Shown piece after piece: positions 9,638-19,459 of a stretch of DNA of 64,000 nucleotides. The notes under the pieces were generated by a model, which saw nothing but the letters and a program-made list of their open reading frames with translations, was not told where the DNA came from and searched no databases. Positions within the stretch are counted from its first letter, which is position 1, and each line of letters opens with the position of its first letter. A program made the position numbers and the translations under genes. This stretch comes from an uncultured bacterium (GTDB taxonomy: Bacteria > Fidelibacterota > UBA2242 > JAFGTP01): assembly GCA_964498725.1 (NCBI GenBank), contig CAZCHS010000006.1, positions 1,968 through 65,967 on the forward strand. The letters run 5' to 3'.

Positions 9638-10557
9638 ACATTTACCAATTTTGATAAAGCTTTTAAACGGTCATTCAGAATATCCTGGTTCATTGTATCC
9701 AGGGCGTCATAACTGAAACCTTCGACACACAAAGAGCCCATTATCGCTGCATGAACCAGGGCTTTTTTCATATTTTCAAAAGTAATTTCACCGGTTTGGG
9801 AAAGATAGCCCATAAATCCGCCGGCGAAACTGTCACCGGCGCCGGTAGGATCGATTGGCTCCCAGACCGGATAAGCCGGCACAAAAAAGAGCTCCGGATT
9901 TTTACTTTCATCATTCATACGGCTCAGATAAGCGCCATGTTCCCCTTTTTTGATAATGGCATATTTCAGCCCCCGTTGGTGAATTTTTTTGAGCCCTTTC
10001 AACAAATTAAGTTCACCGGTTAACAGAGTCAGTTCCGAATCATTGATCACCAACAGATCAATATGCCGAATCACTTCCGCCAGGTCTTCACGGGCGGTTT
10101 CAATCCAGAGGTTCATGGTGTCCAGCGCCACAAACTCAGGCTTGTCCAATTGGTTCAAAATATCCATCTGCAAGGAAGGTAAAATATTACCTAAAAAGAC
10201 ATAGGGCGTTTGTTTATATTTTTCGGGAATTATTGGTTTGAAATCGGCAAAAACATTCAAATCCGTATAAAGGGTATCCCGGATATTGATGTCATCGTGG
10301 TATTTACCGCCCCAGCGAAAGGTCTTGCCATCCACCAATTCCAGCCCAAGAGTATCAATTTTCCGTTCTGTAAACTTATCCAGCACAAATTGCGGAAAGT
10401 CTTTGCCTGCAATACCAACAATTCTGACCTGCGTATAAAGAGAAGAAGCGATGGCAAAATAGACAGCTGATCCGCCAATGGAATCATCGCGTTTACCAAA
10501 GGGTGTCTCCACATCATCCAGGGCCACCGACCCCACCACTAATACAGATTTGCTCAT
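9634..10557 (-). CDS. PfkB-family sugar/nucleoside kinase
   Basis: GSVALDDVETPFG, DPTGAGDSFAGG; 4-bp overlap with mtnA. Confidence 0.9.
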   Translation of the reverse strand: MSKSVLVVGSVALDDVETPFGKRDDSIGGSAVYFAIASSLYTQVRIVGIAGKDFPQFVLDKFTERKIDTLGLELVDGKTFRWGGKYHDDINIRDTLYTDLNVFADFKPIIPEKYKQTPYVFLGNILPSLQMDILNQLDKPEFVALDTMNLWIETAREDLAEVIRHIDLLVINDSELTLLTGELNLLKGLKKIHQRGLKYAIIKKGEHGAYLSRMNDESKNPELFFVPAYPVWEPIDPTGAGDSFAGGFMGYLSQTGEITFENMKKALVHAAIMGSLCVEGFSYDALDTMNQDILNDRLKALSKLVNV

Positions 10558-10656
10558 AAAAAATAATCCTTATCATTAATATTTTTAATATACAGGCAAA
10601 AGTACAAAATTCCTGATTTGTTTTCAATAATCTTTATTTATTAATAAATTTCAACC

Positions 10657-11154
10657 ATGAAATACAATTTTTGCTATAACTGCGGAGAAAAAACGGAAAG
10701 CAAAAAAATCGCAGGAAAAAACCGTTCCTTTTGTAAAAATTGTAATCTTATCCTCTACAAAAATCCAATTCCTTCGGTCGCCATAGTTGCTTTTAATTCC
10801 CGAGAGGAAATTTTACTGACCAAACGTGGCATTGAACCCGGCAAAGGTTTGTGGTGTTTGCTCGGCGGTTTTGTTGAAACCGGCGAACTGGTTTCCCAGA
10901 CAGTCAAACGGGAATTAAAAGAGGAAACCAACCTGGATTGCACCAACATCAAAATACTTGGGGCCGAATCCGTCATAAATGGTTATTGGGGTGATATTCT
11001 GGTCCTGGGCTTCTCTGTGAATCTCTTAGCCGGCGAATTGATTGCCGGTGATGATGCTGTTGAGGCGGGCTTCTTTCCCCTGGACAATCGTCCCGGAATT
11101 GTTTTTCCGATCCATGAAGATTTTATGAACCATTATCTGAAAAGTTTACTATAA
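10657..11154 (+). CDS. NUDIX hydrolase with N-terminal zinc ribbon
   Basis: CYNCG...CKNC, Nudix box GGFVETGE...RELKEET. Confidence 0.9.
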   Translation: MKYNFCYNCGEKTESKKIAGKNRSFCKNCNLILYKNPIPSVAIVAFNSREEILLTKRGIEPGKGLWCLLGGFVETGELVSQTVKRELKEETNLDCTNIKILGAESVINGYWGDILVLGFSVNLLAGELIAGDDAVEAGFFPLDNRPGIVFPIHEDFMNHYLKSLL

Positions 11155-11155
11155 T

Positions 11156-12223
11156 ATGCAAAAAAGAAAAAAAATATTGGTAGGAATCAGCGGTGGTGTC
11201 GATAGTTCAGCCGCCCTTTACCTGCTCAAAGAACAGGGCTATGATCCGGTGGGCATTACCCTGAAAGTAATCACGAATACAAAGGACAGTAAGTTTGAGG
11301 GCGAACTGGAAAGAACCCGAAAGCTCTGTCAAAAACTGAGTGTGAAACACATTGTCAGGCATGTTGAACAGGAATTTTATGATAAAATCATCATGGATTT
11401 TGTCAACACCTATCTGCAGGGCGAAACGCCCAACCCTTGTGTCGTCTGTAATAAACAAATTAAATGGAAATTTCTGCTCTCGGAAGCGGATAAATTAGGT
11501 ATTAATTTCGTGGCAACCGGCCATTATGCCCGTATCATAGAAAAAAATGGCCAGTTCGAACTGCATAAAGGAATTGATGAAAAGAAAGACCAAAGTTATA
11601 TGCTGTGGCAACTGGGACAGACAGAACTGTCGCGGACAAAGTTCCCATTGGGTGAATATACAAAAGATGAGATCAGGAAAATTGCCCGCGCTCATTCACT
11701 GGTACCGGATTCACTGGCAGAAAGCCAGGACATCTGTTTCATTCCTGAAAACGACTATCGTAAATACCTGAAAACCAACTTTTTTGATCGGCTGAAAATG
11801 ATCGGCAAAGGGGATTTAGTCGAAACTGACGGTACTGTTGTCGGACAGCATGAAGGGTTTTACAACTTTACCATCGGTCAGCGAAAGGGATTTAAGATCG
11901 GCTTTGGGGAACGCCGCTATGTCAAACAACTGGATGCTGAAAACAACCGTATCGTGATCGCGAAAAATGACGACCTTTACAGCAAAGGCGCGGTAATTCA
12001 AAAAATCAATTTCCCTGTTGGCAATATTCAGAGACAGGTTTCCGGCACCATAAAGATCAGGTACAATCATAAAGGCGTACTATGCCGGGGGGAATTTACA
12101 CACAAAGGATTACTAAAAATCACATTTGATCAGCCGCAGCGGGCGGTCACACCGGGCCAAACAGCAGTTCTTTATAATGAAGATAAAGTAATTTTAGGTG
12201 GTATAATAAAAGAAATCTTATAA
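11156..12223 (+). CDS. mnmA: tRNA 2-thiouridylase
   Basis: SGGVDSS, PNPCVVCN, TGHYAR, KDQSY, ESQDICF, TPGQ. Confidence 0.97.
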   Translation: MQKRKKILVGISGGVDSSAALYLLKEQGYDPVGITLKVITNTKDSKFEGELERTRKLCQKLSVKHIVRHVEQEFYDKIIMDFVNTYLQGETPNPCVVCNKQIKWKFLLSEADKLGINFVATGHYARIIEKNGQFELHKGIDEKKDQSYMLWQLGQTELSRTKFPLGEYTKDEIRKIARAHSLVPDSLAESQDICFIPENDYRKYLKTNFFDRLKMIGKGDLVETDGTVVGQHEGFYNFTIGQRKGFKIGFGERRYVKQLDAENNRIVIAKNDDLYSKGAVIQKINFPVGNIQRQVSGTIKIRYNHKGVLCRGEFTHKGLLKITFDQPQRAVTPGQTAVLYNEDKVILGGIIKEIL

Positions 12224-12234
12224 AAGGTATTACT

Positions 12235-13035
12235 ATGAAAAAAATCAGAATCAATACGCTATTACAAAAAAAAGAAAACAATGAAAAGATCACAGCCCTG
12301 ACGGCTTATGATTATACCTTCGCTTATTTAATGGATGAAGCGGGTTTGGATATTTTACTGGTCGGCGATTCCCTGGGAAATGTTTGCAGCGGCCATGAAA
12401 CCACTCTGCCGGTGACAATGGACCAGATGATCTACCACACCAAGTCAGTTAAACGCGGCGTTAAAAACAGCCTGCTGGTAGCGGACCTTCCCTTTTTGTC
12501 CTATCAGATATCAAAAGATGAAGCGATTTACAATGCCGGCCGTTTGGTCAAAGAAGGTGGCGCGGAAGCGGTAAAACTGGAAGGCAGTGAGTTTAATCTG
12601 CCAACCATTGAACACCTGACAAAAATTGGAATTCCTGTGATGGGGCACCTGGGGCTTACTCCCCAAAGTGTCAACCAATTCAGCGGGTTTGGTGTTCGCG
12701 GCCGTGAAAAGCAAGAAGCCGATCAAATTTACAGCGCTGCCAGAAGTTTGGAACAGGCCGGCGTTTTTGCCATTGTGCTGGAAAAAATACCGGCTCATCT
12801 GGCAGAAGTCATTACGGATGAATTAAGGATTCCAACAATTGGAATTGGCGCCGGTCCCAACTGCGACGGCCAAATCCTGGTTTCCTACGATATGCTGGGC
12901 CTTTTTGATAAATTCAAGCCTTCCTTTGTCAAACATTACCGCAATCTGGGCCAGGAAGTCCGGGACGCGGTGAAAGAATATTGCGATGAGGTAAAAGCCG
13001 GGAAATTTCCTTCCGGTCAAGAGAGTTATGAATGA
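12235..13035 (+). CDS. panB: 3-methyl-2-oxobutanoate hydroxymethyltransferase
   Basis: LTAYD, LLVGDSLG, GHLGLTPQS, IGIGAG..DGQILV. Confidence 0.97.
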   Translation: MKKIRINTLLQKKENNEKITALTAYDYTFAYLMDEAGLDILLVGDSLGNVCSGHETTLPVTMDQMIYHTKSVKRGVKNSLLVADLPFLSYQISKDEAIYNAGRLVKEGGAEAVKLEGSEFNLPTIEHLTKIGIPVMGHLGLTPQSVNQFSGFGVRGREKQEADQIYSAARSLEQAGVFAIVLEKIPAHLAEVITDELRIPTIGIGAGPNCDGQILVSYDMLGLFDKFKPSFVKHYRNLGQEVRDAVKEYCDEVKAGKFPSGQESYE

Positions 13036-13077
13036 TCCATCAATGATAAAACCATTAAGCATTATACGGGAGGTCAT

Positions 13078-13917
13078 GTGAAGGTTATTAAGACAATTGA
13101 TCAACTGAGAAAAGAACTCAAACAATACCGGCCTGATACAACCATCGGATTTGTTCCGACCATGGGCTATTTCCACAAGGGGCACCTGTCATTAATGGAC
13201 AAGGCCCGTGAAGAAGCCGGCATTGTGGTTGTCTCGATCTATGTGAATCCTACACAATTCGGCCCCAATGAAGATATGGAAGTCTATCCCCAGGATTTTA
13301 AGCGGGATGAAAAACTGGCTATTGACCATGGTGTCGATATTATTTTTTATCCCGATAATAATGAAATGTATCCGGAAGGCTACAAAACCTATGTCTATAC
13401 CGAGGATTTATCCCGGAAACTATGCGGAAAAAGCCGCACCAATCACTTTCGCGGCGTCACCACTATTGTGGCCAAATTATTTAATATTGTCCAGCCGGAT
13501 CTGGCGGTTTTTGGTCAAAAAGACCACCAGCAGGCAATTATTCTGCAACGTATGGTGGAAGACCTCAATTTTCCTGTAAAGATGATCGTCGCGCCAATCA
13601 TAAGGGAAAAGGACGGACTGGCGCTAAGCAGCCGCAACAAATACCTCTCTCCCGAAGAACGCCGGCAGGCAACCGTGCTTTACAAAGCCTTACGAAAAGC
13701 AAAAAAACTTGTGGAATGCGGTGAAAAATCCGCGGCTGAAATCAAACGGCAGATTACTGAGAAGATTGAAACTTCCCCCCTGGCAAATATTGAATATGTT
13801 GAGATTGTTAATAATAAAGATTTAAACGCTGCTGAAACAATCAGTAAGGGAACTTTTGCAGCGGTAGCAGTGTTTTATGGACAGACGAGGTTGATTGACA
13901 ATATTATATTGAAGTGA
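13078..13917 (+). CDS. panC: Pantoate-beta-alanine ligase
   Basis: FVPTMGYFHKGH, FGQKD, GLALSSRN, RLIDN. Confidence 0.97.
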   Translation: MKVIKTIDQLRKELKQYRPDTTIGFVPTMGYFHKGHLSLMDKAREEAGIVVVSIYVNPTQFGPNEDMEVYPQDFKRDEKLAIDHGVDIIFYPDNNEMYPEGYKTYVYTEDLSRKLCGKSRTNHFRGVTTIVAKLFNIVQPDLAVFGQKDHQQAIILQRMVEDLNFPVKMIVAPIIREKDGLALSSRNKYLSPEERRQATVLYKALRKAKKLVECGEKSAAEIKRQITEKIETSPLANIEYVEIVNNKDLNAAETISKGTFAAVAVFYGQTRLIDNIILK

Positions 13918-14044
13918 TCAAACAGGCCTTAACTTGTGTTAGGTAAACCCTTACCAAATTATAACAGTTTTAGTCTGAATAATCTTCTTGACATATTGTT
14001 TAAAAACCATTAAAATGGTAGAGAATTTAATATATGGTGAGACT

Positions 14045-14587
14045 ATGAAAACAAAATATTTTTTACTGACAATTTTAGTATTATTACCAATAATCCTTTT
14101 TGGGCAAATCAAAGAAGAAATGCCAATTCCCATCTCAGTTGAAAAAATGATCCAGATTCCGGTACAGAGGAATATAAGTATGGATTTCAAATGGTTTGAC
14201 GCGGACAAATTTACAATGTCACACTCCTACTCAATGTCAGTGGGAAGTTTTGGTAAAACACCCTATTCCCAGGGCATGTATTTAAACCAAATGAATTATA
14301 CGTTTTCTGACAAACTCAATCTGAAAGCCGTCGTCGGATTTACACATGATCCGTTACAATTAGGTAATACAAATTTGCCAGGAAATGGATTTGATCTGGA
14401 TAATATGGTTTATGGCGCGGAAATCGCCTATAAACCTACTAAAAATTCACTGTTCAGGTTTTCTTTTGAAAGAACACCAATGCGTTATGGATACGGCTAT
14501 AACTCCTACGGGTATTCGCCTTATGGTTACAATCGGCATTACACGACACCTTCACTGTTTAACAATCATAACTATATGGGTTTTTAA
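14045..14587 (+). CDS. Exported hypothetical protein with Tyr/Gly-rich C-terminal tail
   Basis: Sec signal MKTKYFLL..., beta-strand-like core, YGYGYNSYGYSPYGY tail. Confidence 0.7.
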   Translation: MKTKYFLLTILVLLPIILFGQIKEEMPIPISVEKMIQIPVQRNISMDFKWFDADKFTMSHSYSMSVGSFGKTPYSQGMYLNQMNYTFSDKLNLKAVVGFTHDPLQLGNTNLPGNGFDLDNMVYGAEIAYKPTKNSLFRFSFERTPMRYGYGYNSYGYSPYGYNRHYTTPSLFNNHNYMGF

Positions 14588-14593
14588 AAACGA

Positions 14594-15121
14594 ATGGCCA
14601 GTAAAAAGACCAGGCAGAAACAAGAAAAATTAAATAGTAAAATTTATAAACTTCAAAAATGGCTACTCAACTTTGCAATTGTCTGTTTAGCCATTATTAT
14701 TTTTAGTTTTATGTTATCATCTACCCGTCGCTTCAGTAGCAATCCTGAGAAAATAGACCTATCCAGACAAACTATTGTCAATGAGATGCCCAAATACGGC
14801 AATATTTGTATTGAGGTATTAAATGGCTGCGGAATTCCCGGTATGGCCGGAAAGTACACCGAATATTTACGACGCCGTGGCTTTGATGTTATCTATACCG
14901 GTAATGCTGATCAGATGAATTATCCGGAAACTTTTGTCTTTGCCAACGATACCAGTGATACCAAACTCACACCACTGCTGAATGCAATGAATTTTACCAA
15001 AAAGAGAATAGAATTTAACAGCGCGATGGACACACACATCAATTACCAAATAATTCTGGGAAAAGACTGTGACCACATACCGGTCTTCGAAACAATCAAA
15101 AATATGGAGAATACGTTTTAA
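14594..15121 (+). CDS. LytR C-terminal domain membrane protein
   Basis: N-terminal TM, IEVLNGCGIPGMA, IILGKD. Confidence 0.85.
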   Translation: MASKKTRQKQEKLNSKIYKLQKWLLNFAIVCLAIIIFSFMLSSTRRFSSNPEKIDLSRQTIVNEMPKYGNICIEVLNGCGIPGMAGKYTEYLRRRGFDVIYTGNADQMNYPETFVFANDTSDTKLTPLLNAMNFTKKRIEFNSAMDTHINYQIILGKDCDHIPVFETIKNMENTF

Positions 15122-15125
15122 TTAT

Positions 15126-15494
15126 ATGACTACGAAACAAAAACTTACAGATGATCAGATCAGGGACCTAGCCCTGAAAGCCGCTCAACTGGCGGATGAT
15201 AAAAAAGCCATTGATATCAAAATATTAGACCTTCGGGAAATGACCACTATGACCGATTTTTTCATTATTTGTACCGGTGAAGTGGACGAACACGTCAAAG
15301 CGATTGTGAAATCCATCGAACGCGGTCTGATAGAATCAGATAATTTTAAAGCATGGCATATCGAAGGCTATAACAATGCCAAATGGGTTGTTATGGATTA
15401 TTTTGATTTTGTGGTGCATATTTTCAACCCCGATTCCAGGGATTATTATAAACTGGAAAAACTCTGGGGCGATGCGCCAATAATTGAAATTTAA
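15126..15494 (+). CDS. rsfS: Ribosome silencing factor
   Basis: DDKKAIDI, WVVMDYFDFVVHIF, RDYYKLEKLW. Confidence 0.95.
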   Translation: MTTKQKLTDDQIRDLALKAAQLADDKKAIDIKILDLREMTTMTDFFIICTGEVDEHVKAIVKSIERGLIESDNFKAWHIEGYNNAKWVVMDYFDFVVHIFNPDSRDYYKLEKLWGDAPIIEI

Positions 15495-15521
15495 ACTTTT
15501 GTCTTGATCGATAAAATGAAG

Positions 15522-15552
15522 AAAGCCGGCTGATTCCAGTCGGTTTTTTTTT
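15522..15552 (+). terminator. Intrinsic terminator after rsfS
   Basis: GCCGGCTG-loop-CAGTCGGT followed by T tract. Confidence 0.8.
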
Positions 15553-15675
15553 ATTTACTTATGGAGAAACACTCCCAAAGGGTCGCAGACATTAAAAAGG
15601 TTGGTTCATGCTCTAGTAAAACACAAAAAAATGGAGTGATTTTCCACATGATTTTCAGGGGAAAATCATGGTGCA

Positions 15676-16194
15676 CTATTCTTCCAAAACAATATTAAAA
15701 GTCACTCTATTCCTCATCACCTGAATTTTATCAATGACATAGTTCTTCACCGGCACATCAGCGTGGTGAATGCCATGAAAATCTGTGGGGAGTTGCTCTA
15801 TTTCGTCAATGATATCCATGCCCTCAACAACTTTTCCAAAGACACAATACCCCCAGCCGAAAAAGGTTTTATCCTCAAAATCATAATTCGGGTTATCAGC
15901 AGTATTGATAAAAAATTCTGATGTAGCGGAATGAGGCTGTCGTTCTCTTGCCATGGCAATAGTCCCGCGCAAATTTTTCAATCCATTATCAGACTCATTG
16001 TGGAGAGGCAGTTTAACGTTTTTGGGTATCATGCCGGGTACATACTTGCCTCCATGGACACGCTTCCCTTTAATTACTCGGTGGAAAATAGTCCCAATAT
16101 AAAAATGATCCCGGCAGTAACCGATAAAATTATCAACTGTACTGGGAGCTTTTTCCCGATCTAATTCTATAACAATTTTGCCAATCTCTTGCAT
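15676..16194 (-). CDS. Cyclophilin-type peptidyl-prolyl isomerase (divergent active site)
   Basis: FHRVI, NESDNGLKNLRGTIAMAR, SATSEFFIN, GYCVFGKVVEGMD. Confidence 0.88.
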   Translation of the reverse strand: MQEIGKIVIELDREKAPSTVDNFIGYCRDHFYIGTIFHRVIKGKRVHGGKYVPGMIPKNVKLPLHNESDNGLKNLRGTIAMARERQPHSATSEFFINTADNPNYDFEDKTFFGWGYCVFGKVVEGMDIIDEIEQLPTDFHGIHHADVPVKNYVIDKIQVMRNRVTFNIVLEE

Positions 16195-16336
16195 TTAACC
16201 AACAGTCTCCTTTTCTAATCATGCATAATGTATACATATCAATAAATTTTTCAAATACAAAGAATTTATCGACCGGTTTTTGGGTCTACTTTAATACAAA
16301 CTAAATTTCTAAAAAAATGTTACTGCCGGAAAAATT

Positions 16337-16361
16337 AAAGCTGCTGATATTCAGCAGCTTT
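16337..16361. terminator. Perfect hairpin / terminator-like element
   Basis: AAAGCTGCTGA-TAT-TCAGCAGCTTT. Confidence 0.6.
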
Positions 16362-16384
16362 ATTTATAATAAAAAAGAAGGAGT

Positions 16385-16541
16385 AAAAAAAAGGCAGGGC
16401 TTAATAATCAATTTCCAATTACCCCGACGTGAATTAAAAATTGAAACCGCCCTGCGCTTAAGGAATAAGGTAAGGATTTCTTTAAACTCAACTTCATTTG
16501 AGGAGGAGTTTAAATCGTTTTGTTAAAAATCTTTATTTAAC
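16385..16541 (-). ncRNA. Candidate stand-alone structured small RNA (~155 nt)
   Basis: Minus-strand TTGGAT-N17-TATTAT promoter (16576-16548), two long hairpins, the second followed by a U8 tract; no credible ORF. Confidence 0.45.
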
Positions 16542-16610
16542 ATACGTATAATAACCAAAATTCATGATTAATCCAACATATTTTTTTAATTATTTTAATA
16601 ATTATTTCAA

Positions 16611-17468
16611 TCAGGACAAAATTCCGGTGGCGCCTTTCACCTGACATACTCTTGCTGAAAGGGTTACGGCATTATTATGAATTTTGTCAAGCATATATTT
16701 TTTTAGATAACCATCAACACAGGCCGATAAAAAGGAATCGCCGGCACCAACTGTATCGATGACCTTAACAGCTAAGGATTTCCGTTTCGAAATATCATTT
16801 AAAGTTATGATTTCACTATTTTTATCACCATTGGTAATAATCAGCATTGCCAGGTCATATTGCTTCAGTAGTCCTTTGACAGACGGACCGTCCTTTAAAT
16901 TAATTTTTAAAATATTTTCTAAAATATTTCTCTCATACTGATTTATCTTAAAAATATCACTCCTATTCAGCAATTGTTCAATTAAATCTTCAGAATAATA
17001 ATTTTTTCGAATATTCAAATCACAAACCTTTAAACATTTTTCCGGCAGTTCACTCAGCACTCTAAAAATTGTTTGTTTTGAATCCTCTGACCGGCTTGAC
17101 AGGGAACCGAAAGTGATGGCATCAAATTGATTAAGACTTTCCTTAATTTTTTCAGAATATAATATGTGATCGCAAGCCCGGTTTTCAACAATTTGGTAAG
17201 ACGGGTTTCTATCACAGTCCAATTTTATATTTACTTCGCCGGTGCGATAGGAAGGGTGCTTTTGGATTAAGTCTGAATGAATTCCCCATTCATTCAGTTG
17301 CCGGATTAATTCGATGCCAGGTTCATCATCTCCTACCGCGCTGATAATATATGCCTCGTGGCCTAAATATTTTGACATAACAGCAAAATTAGCCGGGGCT
17401 CCCCCCAGACGTTTTCCATCGGGAAAATTATCCCATAACAGTTCACCAATAGCAGCTATTTTAAACAT
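16611..17468 (-). CDS. PfkB-family carbohydrate kinase (fructokinase-like)
   Basis: IGELLWD..GGAPANFA, DLNIR, DTVGAGDSF. Confidence 0.88.
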   Translation of the reverse strand: MFKIAAIGELLWDNFPDGKRLGGAPANFAVMSKYLGHEAYIISAVGDDEPGIELIRQLNEWGIHSDLIQKHPSYRTGEVNIKLDCDRNPSYQIVENRACDHILYSEKIKESLNQFDAITFGSLSSRSEDSKQTIFRVLSELPEKCLKVCDLNIRKNYYSEDLIEQLLNRSDIFKINQYERNILENILKINLKDGPSVKGLLKQYDLAMLIITNGDKNSEIITLNDISKRKSLAVKVIDTVGAGDSFLSACVDGYLKKYMLDKIHNNAVTLSARVCQVKGATGILS

Positions 17469-17533
17469 ACATTTCCCCTCATTTGATTATTGTTTTTTTA
17501 CTATTATAAACAATATCAGCCATTTCCCAAAAC

Positions 17534-17568
17534 AAAAAAATCGGCTATGAAAAAATCACAGCCGATTT
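17534..17568 (-). terminator. Intrinsic terminator after htpG
   Basis: AAATCGGCT...AGCCGATTT hairpin with A tract on the + strand. Confidence 0.75.
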
Positions 17569-17590
17569 ACATCATCTATTTTTTTATAAT

Positions 17591-19459
17591 TTATTTTGTG
17601 GCTTTGACCATTAAGTCATTCATGCGGCTGATAAAATCAGTTGGGTTGTTAAGATTTCCGTCAATCAGCAAGGATGCTTCATAAAGTTGATTAACAACCT
17701 TCTCAATGGTTGGATCGGATTTGTCATTCTCATGAATTTTGGCAATATTTTTAATCAGATCATGTCCCGGATTGATTTCCATTATCTTGGGTTGCGACAT
17801 GGCAGCGCCTTCTGGATTCATAGCCCGCATCATCCGTTCCACCTGGGGATCCATTCCATCTTTATCCACCACCAGTGTAGCCGGAGAATCCACCAGTCGT
17901 TTGGACGCCACGACATCTTTGACCTTGTCACCAAGGATTTTCTTGAAGACTTTAACCATGGATTTCATTTCTTTTTTATCCAGTTTTTCTTCAGATTCTT
18001 CACTTTCCTTGTCGGTATCAATTTCTGCTTTTTCAATGGATTCTAATTGTTTTCCGTCATATTCATTCAGATTTGGCAGAATGAATACATCGACAGGATC
18101 AACAAAATAAAGCACTTCAATATCATTTTTCCGAAAATATTCAAGGTTTGGATTGCGGGCGGCAATTTCCTTGCTTTCACCGGTAATGTAATAAATCTTT
18201 TCCTGATCCTCCTGCATATTTTCAACATATTCGTCAAAAGTAACTAACTTGCCCTCTTCTGTTTTGGTAGATTCATAACATAGCAGTTTTTTAATTTTAT
18301 CCTGGTTCTGAAAGTCAGAATTCAAACCGGTTTTCAGCAAGGGCCCGAAATTTTTATAAAAGGTTTCATATTTTTCACGGTCGTCCTTGATCCAGTCGGT
18401 GAACATAGCCAGCAATTTTTTGGTTAGAATTGATTTGATTTTATTCATGACCGGGCTATACTGGGTCGTCTCACGGGAAACATTAAGCGGCAAGTCTTCT
18501 GTATCAACTACACCACGGACAAATCTCAGATATTCAGGCAGCAGGTCTTCGGAAGCATTATCTTCAATAAAAATACGGCTGTTATAAAGATGCAACCCTT
18601 TCTCATTAATATCCTGGAAAAGATGCATGGGCGCTTTTGCCGGCACAAAAAGAAGGGCTTTGAAATTTACAGTCCCTTCCATGCTCAAATGCAAATGATC
18701 CAGTGGTTTCTGAAAGTCATTGGAGACAAATTTGTAGAATTCTTCCAGCTCCTCTTCTTTCATGTCACTTTCTTTTTTGCGCCATAACGCTTCTACAGTA
18801 TTTTCTTTTTCATCATTCACATAGATGGGAAAGTCCACAAAATTTGAATATTTTTTAATAATGGATTTAATCCGGTATTCTTCAGCAAATTCTTCGTGTT
18901 CATCTTTTAAACGAAAAGAAATTTTTGTGCCACGGGATTTTTTATCAATTTCTTCAATCGTATATTTTTCTTTGCCGTCACTGATCCAGCGATGCGCCGG
19001 TTCTCCGGGAATGGCTGACTTTGTTTCTACGATCACTTCGTCGGCAACCATGAAGACAGAATAAAATCCCACACCAAATTTTCCTATCATATCGCCACTG
19101 ACCGTTTCCCCTTTGGCCTGAAGCTCTTTTATGTAATTCAGAGTTCCGGAGTTAGCCACTGTACCGATATTGGTTTTTAATTCGTCCCGGGTCATTCCGA
19201 TACCGGAATCTTCAATAGAAAAGGTCTTCTTATCTTTATCAACATTGATTTTAATGGCAAACTCGGCATCCTTATCAATGATTTCTTTATCAGTTAATTC
19301 CAGAAATCTGGCTTTGTTTAATGCATCGGAAGCATTGGAAATCAATTCCCGCAGGAAAATTTCCGGATGCTTATAAAGTGAGTGGACAATCAGGTCCAGT
19401 AATTGATGTAATTCAGCTTTAAACTTATAATTCGATTTTCTGCCTTTTTGTTCTGTCAT
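17591..19459 (-). CDS. htpG: Molecular chaperone HtpG (Hsp90)
   Basis: YKHPEIFLRELISNASDA, IGKFGVGFYS, DLPLNVSRE. Confidence 0.97.
   Translation of the reverse strand: MTEQKGRKSNYKFKAELHQLLDLIVHSLYKHPEIFLRELISNASDALNKARFLELTDKEIIDKDAEFAIKINVDKDKKTFSIEDSGIGMTRDELKTNIGTVANSGTLNYIKELQAKGETVSGDMIGKFGVGFYSVFMVADEVIVETKSAIPGEPAHRWISDGKEKYTIEEIDKKSRGTKISFRLKDEHEEFAEEYRIKSIIKKYSNFVDFPIYVNDEKENTVEALWRKKESDMKEEELEEFYKFVSNDFQKPLDHLHLSMEGTVNFKALLFVPAKAPMHLFQDINEKGLHLYNSRIFIEDNASEDLLPEYLRFVRGVVDTEDLPLNVSRETTQYSPVMNKIKSILTKKLLAMFTDWIKDDREKYETFYKNFGPLLKTGLNSDFQNQDKIKKLLCYESTKTEEGKLVTFDEYVENMQEDQEKIYYITGESKEIAARNPNLEYFRKNDIEVLYFVDPVDVFILPNLNEYDGKQLESIEKAEIDTDKESEESEEKLDKKEMKSMVKVFKKILGDKVKDVVASKRLVDSPATLVVDKDGMDPQVERMMRAMNPEGAAMSQPKIMEINPGHDLIKNIAKIHENDKSDPTIEKVVNQLYEASLLIDGNLNNPTDFISRMNDLMVKATK

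Noticed and set aside
15561-15698. 45-codon ORF and CATGATTTTC/GAAAATCATG hairpin downstream of the cyclophilin gene
   Set aside because: No RBS, lies just after a terminator; the hairpin is adequately explained as a 3' end structure
16317-16526. 69-aa ORF on + strand
   Set aside because: No RBS or recognisable domain; it overlaps hairpins better explained as a minus-strand structured RNA
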